Below, piece by piece: positions 27,401 through 38,100 of a DNA stretch of 64,000 nucleotides. The stretch is from Podarcis gaigeae (taxonomy: Eukaryota). The notes below the pieces were generated by a model. That model did no database searches, was not told the DNA's origin, and was given only the letters and a program-made list of their open reading frames with translations. Within the stretch, counting starts at the first letter, position 1; every line of letters starts with the position of its first letter. The translations under genes and the position numbers were made by a program. Location of the stretch: NCBI GenBank assembly GCA_964106915.2, contig OZ066915.1; one strand, given 5' to 3'.

Positions 27401-30400
27401 TTATGTTTCAGTGATCAGAGCAAAGGCTGTCTCTGAAAAAGAGGTGGACTCCGGTAATGACATCTATGGAAACCCCATCAAACGCATCCAGTATGAAATC
27501 AAGCAGATAAAGGTAATGAACAGTATATCTGAATCCTAATTGTACGGACCTTAACTTAAAAGAAATGATGTATTTATATATCTAAGTCTACATACACACA
27601 CACACACACACATACACATGCAAGTAACTTCCAAACCCATTGACTTGCTGCCGTTCTAGCTAGGATAATGCAGCTGTTTTGCTAAACAATTAAATGGTGC
27701 CAGAAAAGGCTTTGGAAGCTTATAGTTACCACAATCCTCTAAAGTAGTTCTTAATATCTTAAGACGTTTTTATGATGGTGTCTTTCCAACACTGGGTTCT
27801 CAAGTGCCTCACTCTGGCCCAACAGAACTGACTGAAGAAAAGTGTGGGGGGGGGAACCCCTCTAGTTCAGGCTATTTTATGGGTTATAAACACCCCATAG
27901 TTTGTGATGAGTGCTGGGAATTGTAGCTCTGTGAGAAGAAGACTACAGTTCCCAGGATTTGTTTGGTGGAGTGGGGGAATGTGCTTTAAATGTATGGTGT
28001 GTATGCAGCCTTATGCTTAAGGACACCATAAGCATGAGATCTAAACCTCCTTCCTGTCCCTAGTGAGGGGTGGGTTAGAAATCATATTAAAGTGAATGAT
28101 GAGGGACAAGGTACATCAGAGGGAGATACCAAGTGCTTGAGAGGGCAGGAACCATGACAGGTAGCTTGTAGAGGAAAAACAGCTCCAATAGTGTCCCCAC
28201 CCCCTGGCCACTTCCTATATTTCTGCATATAATTTTATGGGAAGATCAGAGGCAATGCCATTGGAAATAGGCCTGTTCGGAGCTGAGTAGAAGGGGAAAT
28301 GGCTCAAAGAGTCTCCAGAGCAAATGCACGCCACCACTTTAAGCCCTAGAGAATGCTGGGATACTTGGACATCCTGGGCCAAGCTCTTCCCCCTGCTTCC
28401 TGCTTACCTTTGAGCAATGTGTGTTGCCAGCTTCTGAGTTCCTCTAGTACAGCTGTGCATTCTTCTGTTCTTTCAGGGCAAGCATTTTGCTGGAGGGAGA
28501 GGAGTGGTGGAGCGAAGCAAACATTTTGTAGTTTCTCTTTCTTTTATGAATTTCACTGCACTTTTATTGATCTTGCATATATGAATAATAATAACAAACA
28601 GCAGAATCGCTTCCACCACCACCCTCCCACTGCCTGGAGAAGAATATACCTATAACAATTTTCATACCAACATGGGATTCTATTCCATGAACAATAGGTG
28701 GTCTGAAGCCATGACTGCACTTGTTTCTGAACTTGTACATCTCCCTGAGAGTCTTGTTACTGAAGGGTGGCTTGCGTTTGTCAAAATAAATAATTCAATA
28801 GGTCCATGTGTAGCTTCTCCTGCTCTGGAGTGCCTTGTATGCTCCTTTACATCAAAGCTGGCCTTGCTGTATTCTGCCCATGGCTTCACCCAACTTCTTC
28901 CCCTTCCAGATGTTTAAAGGGCCCGACCAGGACATTGAATTCATCTACACGGCTCCTTCTTCAGCTGTCTGTGGAGTGACGCTGGATGTTACTGGCAAGA
29001 AAGAGTATCTCATTGCAGGTACGGAATATCTCTTGCTGGGAATTATTGTCTCCAAAAAGGCAAGGAAAAGGAGGGCTGTAATGCTTTTAAAAAACACTTT
29101 ATACATGCCATTTGGAGCTGGAGGAAAGTTCAATAGGGATTGAATGGGATATCATGGTGTTAGGTTGGATGTTCAAATCCTTGCTCTAGTTAGGAAGTTC
29201 AATGGGTAAGGACTTGAGCAAGACACTGTTGCTCAGCCTAAACTACCGTATTTTCCCCTCTATAACACGCAGATTTTTTCTCCTAAAAAGGAAGGGGAAA
29301 TGTCTGTGCGTGTTATAGAGCGAATGTGTGGTCCCTGGAGCCGAAAAATCATGCAAAAATCAAATCGCGGCACTGCACGGAGAAGCGAAACCTGAAAAGA
29401 GGAAGTGGCTGCTTTCCTGCATTCTGCCTCAGGGTCTTACTGCCCACCCTCCTCTGTTTCGTTGCTGTGTTTGCTGAAACGGAACAAAGAGCAGGGAAAG
29501 CCCCTCCCCTCCAGGCAAGCAGAGGGGAATTCCTCTCTGTGCTGCTGGGGGAGAGGGAGAGAGAGGGGGNNNNNNNNNNNNNNNNNNNNNNNNNNNNNNN
29601 NNNNNNNNNNNNNNNNNNNNNNNNNNNNNNNNNNNNNNNNNNNNNNNNNNNNNNNNNNNNNNNNNNNNNNNNNNNNNNNNNNNNNNNNNNNNNNNNNNNN
29701 NNNNNNNNNNNNNNNNNNNNNNNNNNNNNGAAACTTTTGCCTTTCTTTCCTCCCTCCCGTTAAATCCCTCTCCTGCATTCTTAGCCAGCTGCTTCTCTGC
29801 ATACCCCTCTCATGTCCCTTCTTTGTTTTTCCTTCGCTCCCCACTTAAAATGTGGTTACAAAGCATAGATCCACATGGATCCTCAGGATCTTTGCATTGG
29901 GTCACCCCAAATTCACCATCAGATCACATAGCATGTCCATGGCTAGAGCCTACCCCCCCCCCAAAATCACGCACCCACTGTTGCCTGGGGCTGCAATGGT
30001 GCAAAAATGTGGTTACAAAGCATGGATCCACAGGGATTCTCAGGATCTTTGCATTGGGTCACCCCAAATTCACCATCAGATCACATAGCATGTCCATGGC
30101 TACAGCCTGCACCAAAAAAATCACGCACCCACTGTTGCCTGGGGCTGCAATGGTGCAAAAATGTGGTTACAAAGCATGGATCCACAGGGATTCTCAGGAT
30201 CTTTGCATTGGGTCACCCCAAATTCACCATCAGATCACATAGCATGTCCATAGCTACAGCCTGCACCAAAAAAATCACGCACCCACTGTTGCCTGGGGCT
30301 GCAATGGTGCAAAAACGTGGTTAGAAAACATGGATCCACAGGGATTCTCAGGATCTTTGCATTGGGTCACCCCAAATTCACCATCAGATCACATGTCTGT

Positions 30401-31515
30401 GGCCACAGCATGAAGCCCAAAAATGATACATCCACTGTTTCATTCAGAATGTTTTTTCCCTTGTTTTCCTCCTCTAAAAACGATGTGCGTGTTATGGTCA
30501 GGGGCGTGTTATAGAGCGAAAAATACGGTACTTCACAGGGGACTTGGTTGTAAAGCTAAAACACAGCTCTTTGGTGGAAGGGGACAAATATGTAATCAGC
30601 AGAACTTCCTTGGGATGTAACCAGACTGTGTCCTGTTCTGGCTACTAGTCATGATGATTAAATGCACTCCTAACTACAAATGCAATCTGCCCTCCAAGAA
30701 GGGTTTGTGGAATATTGCAAACTGCCCTATGCAGCTGAGACTGCTTTCCCTTTAAATGATCTTGGTGTAGAGCTTTGCACAGCGCCACCTCCTGGTGTTC
30801 CCTTGAAAGGGTATCTGTTCTTGTCTGGACATGAGCAAAGCAGACCCATTGGTCTAACTCGGCACGCCAGTTCTCCTGTTCTGATAGCAACGTGCCTTGT
30901 ATGAAATCACACACACACTCCTTCCCCCCACCCCATGTACACTGGTTTGTGTTTGTCCAAGATAAGACACTTGATAGGGCGGTGTGCTTGATGGAGTGTG
31001 TGTGCGTGTGCGTGCACAACCATAGGACAACCATGCCCCAGCTAAAACCATTTTGCTCTTCCAGGGAAATCTGAAGGCAACGGCAAGATGCACATCACGC
31101 TGTGTGACTTCATCATTCCTTGGGACTCCCTCAGTGCTACCCAGAAGAAGAGTCTAAACCAGCGGTACCAAATGGGCTGTGAGTGCAAGGTAATAAACCA
31201 AATAATTAGACCACTTCAGCTTGTTGACTTCCTGCTAATCTGTATGCGTGAGCCTCCTCAGGAGAAGCGTTTTGCTTTAGCTGCAGTGATGGCAAATTGT
31301 GTCTTTTATCTCTGCAGATCTCCCGATGCCCTTCCATCCCCTGCTATGTCTCTGCTCAGGATGAGTGCCTGTGGACTGACTGGGTGACAGAGAAGAACAT
31401 CAACGGGCGGCAGGCAAAGCACTTTGCCTGCATCAAGCGGAGCGATGGTTCGTGCGCGTGGTACCGTGGAGTGGCCCCACCCAAGAAGGAGTTTCTTGAC
31501 ATTGAGGACCCTTGA
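1890..31515 (+). CDS. TIMP2: Metalloproteinase inhibitor 2 (TIMP2), spliced CDS join(1890..2019,27412..27512,28910..29018,31065..31189,31318..31515), 220 aa
   Basis: Exons of 130+101+109+125+198 = 663 nt, all GT-AG and phase-compatible; 26-aa signal peptide, mature N-terminus [21 protein letters not shown] signature, TIMP2-type acidic tail KEFLDIEDP*; adjacent to USP36 as in mammals. Confidence 0.98.
6364..6400 (+). repeat. (TG)n microsatellite (others: 2723-2748, 44476-44506, 63038-63084; (AAT)n 46735-46778 and 60181-60220; (AT)n 62139-62180; (TATG)n 58384-58420)
   Basis: Directly visible. Confidence 0.95.
6424..6591. repeat. Palindromic MITE-like repeat (other copies ~3628-3775, 13245-13452, 26377-26560, 27895-28012)
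   Basis: CATTTAAAGCAC...GTGCTTT(A)AATG inverted ends, recurrent in the window. Confidence 0.75.
6630..6899 (+). mobile_element. CR1-type LINE 3' end
   Basis: TTTAAA...TTAGACAAAT...; ends GCTCTTCTTATGTTCTTA; similar to 18845-19135. Confidence 0.65.
9969..10210. mobile_element. Non-autonomous Tc1/mariner-type MITE, family A
   Basis: TIRs CAGTGG(C/T)ACCTC...GAGGTACCACTG, TA on both sides; five copies in the window. Confidence 0.9.
12370..12713. repeat. Dispersed repeat with internal GTCCCTATTT motifs and an embedded L2-like tail
   Basis: Repeated TGTCCCTATTTT; 12560-12670 resembles the tail of the 46356 element. Confidence 0.5.
18441..18802 (+). mobile_element. Sauria SINE, full length
   Basis: GGGATGCGGGTGGCACTGTGGGTTAAACC head, GGTTCGAATCC B-box, (ACCTTT)n tail, TSD TATGGTGCTAAAT at 18428-18440 and 18803-18815. 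Confidence 0.92.
18845..19135 (+). mobile_element. CR1-type LINE 3' end
   Basis: GATGGCCAC...GATGGCTTTAAAGG...TTAGAC motif. Confidence 0.7.
19147..19338 (-). mobile_element. tRNA-derived SINE (Squam3-like)
   Basis: Reverse-complement similarity to the 23909 copy. Confidence 0.7.
19368..19593. mobile_element. Tc1/mariner-type MITE, family A
   Basis: Same TIRs and TA flanks. Confidence 0.9.
22546..22765. mobile_element. Tc1/mariner-type MITE, family A (opposite orientation), inserted in a SINE
   Basis: TIRs, TA flanks; SINE sequence on both sides. Confidence 0.9.
23909..24100 (+). mobile_element. tRNA-derived SINE (Squam3-like)
   Basis: A-box GGCTCAATGGTAGAG, B-box GGTTCAGTCCC, tail GCAGCTTCCTATGTTCCTA. 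Confidence 0.75.
24473..24731. mobile_element. Non-autonomous Tc2/pogo-like DNA transposon (short)
   Basis: TA|CCGTATTTTTTGCTCTATAAGAC...GTCTTATAGAGCGAAAAATACGG|TA. Confidence 0.85.
27412..27512 (+). CDS. TIMP2: TIMP2 coding exon 2 ([34 protein letters not shown])
   Basis: Acceptor tttcag|, donor |gtaat; not in the ORF track, read manually. Confidence 0.97.
28910..29018 (+). CDS. TIMP2: TIMP2 coding exon 3 ([36 protein letters not shown])
   Basis: Acceptor ttccag|, donor |gtacg; TIMP-like translation. Confidence 0.97.
29570..29729. other. Assembly gap (160 N)
   Basis: N run. Confidence 1.
29847..30394 (+). repeat. Tandem repeat, ~154-157-bp unit x ~3.5
   Basis: Unit marker (T/C)GTGGTTA at 29851, 30008, 30162, 30316. 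Confidence 0.95.
31065..31189 (+). CDS. TIMP2: TIMP2 coding exon 4 ([42 protein letters not shown])
   Basis: Acceptor ttccag|, donor |gtaat. Confidence 0.97.
31318..31515 (+). CDS. TIMP2: TIMP2 coding exon 5 ([10 protein letters not shown]...KEFLDIEDP*)
   Basis: Acceptor ctgcag|, TGA ending at 31515. Confidence 0.97.
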   Translation: MSRCPSIPCYVSAQDECLWTDWVTEKNINGRQAKHFACIKRSDGSCAWYRGVAPPKKEFLDIEDP

Positions 31516-32673
31516 GTCCCCAAAGCCATGGCAGTCCAGTAGCCAATAGCAACAAAGCCGGCAAGATATTAGACTGGTCCACCTTTGACATCACTTCCTG
31601 GAAACAGCATGAAAATAAGGTCTCCTGGGCGGGCACAACAGTGGTGGAGGGAGGGGCTAAGGAAAGGGATGTCTAGGCCACTCATATATTGCTCAGTCTG
31701 TTTCTTCTCCTGTGTTAAGCGCCAAGGGGTGGTTTCCTACCTTTGGGATTACGTATGCCAATATGCCAAGGCACAGTGGAGGGAACCAGAGCGTACAATA
31801 TGAGTGGCCAAAAGGTGTTGCCTCTGATTCTGTGTAGCAGGCCTACCAGGTTCTTATTGCCTTGAGAGGGTGCACCCCTTGTTGAGGGGATATCTCCTGC
31901 TCCCTCTGTTCCCCCACCCCCACTGGCTTCTGCCTGGGTAAAAACCCACCTTTTCTTCCATACGCACCACAAAATTAAATCCCTCCATACTCAGTGCTTT
32001 GAAGTCGTTCCTTTCTCCTTGCCACGTTTGTACACGTATGGTACAAGTACGTCCCATAAAAACAGCAGTAACACCGCACACACATACACACAAAAAGAAA
32101 ATGGTGGCTTTGTCACAAGTCGCGATATCCTCTTCCGCAGGTGAAGAAAGTTACATTCCCTTACCAGTGACAAAGCAGCCTGTCAAGAACAAGCCACCAG
32201 GGGGCAGAGGGACAACCTCTGCTTTCAGAGGCAATGTTTTGGGGGCTAATGGGGGGTGGTGTCATAAAATCATTTAAATGGATAATAAGCCCTGCCTATG
32301 TGCGCATAAGAGATGCGTGCAGATTCTGGATCTGTGTTCTCAGCTATTACATTTCAGCCAAGGAACATTTGTCAGGGGATCTGGGTTAGTCCATCAAGCC
32401 TCCTGCTTGAACCATATGTATGCATCACCCACTTCCTATTGCATGCTTGTGCCATTGATGAAAATCTGGTGCCAAAACCGTGGGATGACTTGATGCTCCC
32501 ACTAAGCGTTCAGTATTACGTGGACCAAAGGAGTCCTCCTCTTTGAAATCCCTTGCTATGCTGAGTAATGATTTTTAGCATGGCCAAGATGGCTCGCAAG
32601 TCCTGCCCTATATAGAAATTTGACGCTTGCGGCAAGCAAGTGTTCTCTAGAAGGCAAGACTTTTGCGTGTCCC

Positions 32674-32873
32674 NNNNNNNNNNNNNNNNNNNNNNNNNNN
32701 NNNNNNNNNNNNNNNNNNNNNNNNNNNNNNNNNNNNNNNNNNNNNNNNNNNNNNNNNNNNNNNNNNNNNNNNNNNNNNNNNNNNNNNNNNNNNNNNNNNN
32801 NNNNNNNNNNNNNNNNNNNNNNNNNNNNNNNNNNNNNNNNNNNNNNNNNNNNNNNNNNNNNNNNNNNNNNNNN
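32674..32873. other. Assembly gap (200 N) in the TIMP2 3' UTR
   Basis: N run. Confidence 1.
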
Positions 32874-33429
32874 TCCTGATGCCTCTGCAGCATGCACAGG
32901 TCTTCTCTAGAGGTCAGAGGCTGGCTGTGACACGTGACTGCTGCTTGCTAGACAAACTGCAGTTGCGTGACTGCCGTACCAAAACGTGAGTTTGCCGTTC
33001 TAGTAGTAGCGTGGAAAGCAACCATTCTGAAAAGGACCTGTTTTGTGGGAAAGCAGTATCAAAGGCTCTTCAATCGGCTTAATTTATCGCTGTGGGTTTA
33101 AATGCCACATGGAAACTTCCCTGATAAGAAAGATAAGATGCACACACAGAAACAATCCAATGCCCCCTCATGTCAGCAACTCAAAATATTTAAAAAAAGG
33201 TTTACATTATTTTCAAATCTTTGCTTAGTAAGTATGAAAAAAAGAATAAGTATCTAACTTGCTGCCATAATTTAAAGCTTATTGGGGAGTAGGGCCGGGA
33301 TGATGTTTGGTGGGTAGAGTAATATTGGGGGTGGGGGTGGGGAAAAAACTTTTTTGTTGTTGTTGTTGGATTCTGAAAGCTGAGATTTTCTTGTGCTGGG
33401 AACACATGAAAATTGTTGAATAGACAAGC

Positions 33430-33512
33430 AGACTGTGCATGTCTCTGATGCTTTGTATAATTCATACGTGGACATTTGAGTCTTCGGACAATAAACAGTA
33501 TTATCAAATAAA
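33430..33512 (+). terminator. TIMP2 distal polyadenylation region (AATAAA at 33490-33495 and 33507-33512)
   Basis: Two AATAAA hexamers; block GCATGTCTCTGATGCTTTGTAT...GGACAATAAACAGTATTATCAAA resembles the mammalian TIMP2 mRNA 3' end as recalled. Confidence 0.75.
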
Positions 33513-35206
33513 CCGGGAACAGTCTCTCCTTGTCTGGAGCACACTTTGCCATCAGTGGAGGTGTGGACGTTAGAAGGGAGCCCTGGGAATTCATCCTGTG
33601 TTGCTCAGCCTCTGTGAACTGCTTTACAAGAATCACCTTGATGGAGGTAGGTGGAGAGTTGCAAGTTTCCTCCAGGCTTTGCTCTCCACTCTCCCTCTTC
33701 CCATGCCCCCTGGCACAAACTGGTCTCTAGTTCCTAATGAGATAAATTGTTGGTTCACTGTGCCTCAGCCTATTTCCAAAGGCCCACCTCCAGCTGTTTT
33801 TCCATTTTGATGACTCCCATGTCCCCTTATTTCTTGATGTTAGAGAAAACATCTCATATGGTTCTCTTTAGTGATGTCAAGGAATTATTCCAGTGACATA
33901 CAGCGACTGCCACAGAATCAGGCTCTGTGTCAAAATATGTGCTGTTTTTCATCCACTTCATGGAAGGAATCCAGTGAGTCTCAAAACTGAATGTATAGCA
34001 TGAGTGGCCCCTGCTTCTGGCCTACCAGGTACTTATTGCCTTGAGAGAGGATATCCCTTGTGGGGAAAATTCCTATTCCTGCTGTTCCATCACAAACCTG
34101 GCTTCTGTCTCTATAAAGACCCACCTTTGCTTCCATAAACGTAACACATTAAATCCCTCATCCACACTCAGTTCTCTGGAGTCATGTCCTTCTCTTTGCC
34201 ATTTACATTAGGACTCATGGCTTTCACATACTGGTACTTCCTAGATTAGTTGTGTGAACCTCTTGGTTTCCTAGGCAAATGCACCTGAAGCTCTGTAGAA
34301 CTAATACAGATGGGAGGCCTGCCCACAAGCATCAAACTTTATAGAGAGATTAAACTGGGATCTCTTAAGTTACAATAGACTTGCAAATTCACCTCACCTG
34401 CTGCAATACTAGGTGTGCTCTTTAATACAAGTGCCCAGGCGACCCACATACAGAGCCATCCACATCTAGTTATGTGGCATACAGCTCCTTATTACTTTAA
34501 TGAGACAAACCCAGATCACAAAGAAAGTTGATCTTCCTGATAATGGTAACAAGCCCATCTAGAGTGATGTGGTTATTTCTCAGATGGATGGGATGGATCC
34601 ATAGGTGACCTAACTCTGTAAGTAGTGGAAGATCTGGGACCCACCAGATGTTGTTGGACTACAGTTCTCATTGGCTCCAAACAGCATGACAATGGTCAGG
34701 GAAGGTGGGAATTACAGTCCCAACAAATACATGGAAGGTCACATTGCCAATGCTTGTTGACCACCATCCCATCCCAAGGGCACTAAAGGAACATAGCACT
34801 GTAATGGGAGTGTTATACTAGATGTCATGGCATGTATTGTTTCTAAAGCCATAGTTCTGTGATAGAGCTTATCTGCACCTCCAATTAAAAGAGGCAGGAG
34901 AACTGGAAAATATCTTTTCTTGAGGCTTTGGCGAACCCCTACATCAAAGTAAGTGATGCTGTGCTGGACCAAAAGGCTGACTCAATATAAGGCAGTTTCA
35001 TATGTTGGGCTTGAAACGATGTAAGCTGTTAACAGAACACGTCCCTAAGGACAGGAGACCATCCGGTGAGCATTTTGGTTCTTTTCACTGTGTATATGGG
35101 TGTATAATTGAACCTGGACCAGGGATGCCCACTTGAATAAAATATTGGGGGGAAGGCAGGTAAGCCCTGCCCCACATAATCACAACACTGTTTCATTGCA
35201 TAGTAT

Positions 35207-35762
35207 TGTTACAGTCCACCCCAATCTGTCGAACCATGCATGGGATTCCAGAGGTTTTCGCCCTCAACCAGGGTCTGTGCTTCTTTGGAGAATTGAAGAC
35301 ACCATGGAGGCTGTTGTAGCTTTAAGGAATATGATTTATTCACAAATCTACACGTGAATATGGACGGAGGGAGTCCAGGCCTTATAGTATGGTCATCTCA
35401 AGAGGCTCTTGTTCCCCACAGCAGTGCAGCACCAGAGTCCAAGGCATCTCTCCTGCTTTTAGCCATCCTTTTTTCAGTTTTTGGAAGCCACCTGCCAAAG
35501 TCCCTAAACTCTTCCTGTGACATCATGCCCAGTTACCCAGGCAACCTTCCAAATCTCCTGTCTCTGTTCACACCTCAGGGTAAAGGGAAGGGCAGTATTC
35601 TTCCATTGCCTGTATTGTTTCTGAATGACCCTAGCTTGGCCAGGTCATTTTGCATAAGAATTCCCCTACAGCTTGTATACGCCCTTCACATCCCAAATAA
35701 TCAAAATCTTACCATTTATTAATTTACAGGCTTTTTGGGGGGGGTCCCTCCAAACCATAACA
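35207..35762 (-). mobile_element. Putative solo LTR 1
   Basis: TG...CA termini; 4-bp TSD GTAT (35203-35206; right copy displaced to 36421-36424); minus-strand AATAAA near 35335 and TATA-like near 35385. Confidence 0.65.
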
Positions 35763-35763
35763 G

Positions 35764-36417
35764 TGTAATAAGAATTTTAAGGTCTTATATATTTAATAAA
35801 TGTACCAAGCAAACACGTACATAAATATATAAACCACATGTCTGAAGCAGCACAGGAAGACAGTCCTGAAATCATTTTGACTCTCAAACTGACCAAATGT
35901 TTCTTTGCAAGGAGGGAGGGGGGGTGAGGGAACCTTCCCATTGTCTCAGGAATTGGGTAATTACCATCTCAAAGGAATGGCCAGACTACCAGAAAACACA
36001 ATCAGATAAGGCATTATCAGATAACCTGGAAGTCAGAAAAAACAACAACATCATTCAATTTTTTGTTGTAGACTGCCTTTTCTGTGTTGTAGGTATGATG
36101 TTTGTGGGGGGTGGTCTTGGGCTACACCCCTTCTGTGATGTATATATGATGTATGGAGGGGTGGTCTGGAGCTCCATGGCAGGGAATTTCAAAATGGATA
36201 TGTAAGGGCGGGCACACCTTTGTTCTGGGTCATCCTGCGTGTGAGGGGAGCACCCTGTTGCAACAGCTTTAATAAAGATCAGGTTTACTAGCTGCTTTGC
36301 TTCTTAATATTCTCTGGTTGGCCTCTGTTATTTTCTCCTACCGATGGAGAACCTACAAAGGACTCTATAAGGGCTCTTGTGTACATAAGGGAATAAGGGC
36401 AGATTTCGTTTACGACA
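35764..36417 (+). mobile_element. Putative solo LTR 2
   Basis: TG...CA termini; 4-bp TSD ACAG (35760-35763, 36418-36421); AATAAA at 36271. Confidence 0.7.
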
Positions 36418-36699
36418 ACAGTATTATAAAAGGGAAACGTCTCTCTCCCATGACTGACAAGTCACCACGGGAGCTCTTTTTATTTTTTAATTGTTATTTT
36501 GAGCTTTTCTACCTTGAAGTTTTCCCTTTACAGTATTAACATTTTTCTCTGTCCAAATCTCTGTTCCTGCCTTGTCCCGGAAACCGTAACAAATGGCATA
36601 GCTACTCAGCCTGAACCAAAATTCTACATTTCCTCTGATTTTAGAATCTGGCAATAAAAACCCGCAGAGAAGAATAACTTAGCGTAAGGCAGGAAAAAG

Positions 36700-38100
36700 A
36701 AATCTACCGTGACGTGTTTTTTTTAAAACAAATAAATCATGGAAAGCTCAAAAATACTGACGAGTTCCACCTACCCACCCACGCACCGCGCGCAGAAGAA
36801 ACCCCCTCACATTCACGCCCCAATTTATTTCATTTTTCTGCCCCTGCGAGGCACGTGGCAGGAAGTGCTACCCCCGCCCCGTCTCTGCGGGACACTGCGC
36901 TTTTTGGGTCCCTAATTCGTTTCTCCTCCAGTAGTCACGCGCCACCCTCTGTGCCCAGCCCCGCCTTTGATCTTTGCACATATATCTATGCAAAACAAAC
37001 ACACATATATCTTTTTCTTAAATATATATATATATATTGGCAGCGGACAAAAGGTAGCAGCTGCATTCGAGCAAGCGCAAGAGCCAAGACTTCGCCGATG
37101 CCGGGAGGGCTACAGCAGGCGGCGCTGCCTTCCCGAAAGCGGCGGCAGGGCGGGCTCCGTTGCGTCAGAGGGAAACCGGGCAGGGCTCCTCTGCTTTCTC
37201 CACCCCTTTAGGGCGAGGATTGGGCCCGGCGCGGCGGCAGCACCAGCGGCAGCGGCCTAGCAGCAGCAGCAGCGCCAGCTGAGCTCTTTCCTGCTCTCCT
37301 ACGCGGCGTGGACACGTGTGTGTATGTGCGCGCACGCGGGTCCCCCGGATGGTGAGTGTGGGGCTGGGAAGGGGGATGGCGAGGGGGTCTTGGGGGCGGG
37401 GAGCGGAGACGAGCTTTCCTCCCCCCCTATTTAGTAAGGAGGTGAGCAGGAAAGCGCTTGGGTCGTGGTAGGGCGGCGGTGGCGGCTAGGTGAATTGGGG
37501 TTGTGAGTGGGTGTGGGCTGGGGCTTTGCCCACCCTCGTGCCCTCCTTGCCTTGCCTCCCCTACGCCCCGGCTGCGTTGCAGAAGCAAACCTGGTGCCTC
37601 CGTCTCCAGTGCATTAGCCCGCTGCCGCCGCCGCCGCTCGGTTTCTCTGGGCCGGGATGACCCGAACCGGCGCCCAAGCCCCGGGTTCTCATAAACAAGC
37701 CCCATATAGATCAGCCGCCCCCCCAGGCGCGAGCGGCGGGGCGCTGAGGAGGTTGCCATCTCTTCCGCAAGGACTCCTCCGCTCTTGGCTGAGAGGCTTT
37801 GGGCACGATCTTCTTGGGCCCTTGAGAAAGCGCAAGGGTGTGGGTGCCCTTTGCACCAAGGCGGCGATTGCATTCTGGGGCACCTTGGAAGCGGCGGCTG
37901 CTGCTCAGCTTGTGGGGCGCGCGCGGTTGTTGGGGATGGAGATACAGCCTGTGTGGTGCTCATTCTGCGTGCGCGGGCACCGCTTGCTGGGCGAAGGTGG
38001 CTGGGGCCTGTGCACGGTCTGGCGATGGAGAGCAAGGTGGGGTGGGCTCTCTTTCTCTCCTTGATAGACAAATCATGAAGGGGGGGGGCGTTCTTCTAGA
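36700..38100 (+). promoter_or_regulatory. USP36 CpG-island promoter and non-coding first exon (donor ATG|gtgagt, exon end 37351)
   Basis: CpG-rich; CACGTG at 36852 and 37313, ETS-like CAGGAAGTG, GC boxes, TGCGTCA; consensus donor followed by a G-rich intron start. Confidence 0.75.

Larger units (their letters stand above)
29246..30528. mobile_element. Non-autonomous Tc2/pogo-like DNA transposon (long) with internal tandem array
   Basis: TA|CCGTATTTT...CTCTATAACACGC / GCGTGTTATAGAGCGAAAAATACGG|TA; ends related to the 24473 element; spans an N gap. Confidence 0.85.

Noticed and set aside
29847-30394. Regular repeats superficially like a CRISPR array or repeat-protein ORF
   Set aside because: No unique spacers, eukaryotic context, lies inside a TIR element; the ORFs simply follow the tandem unit
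29326-32989. ORFs containing long X runs
   Set aside because: Artefacts of translating through N gaps
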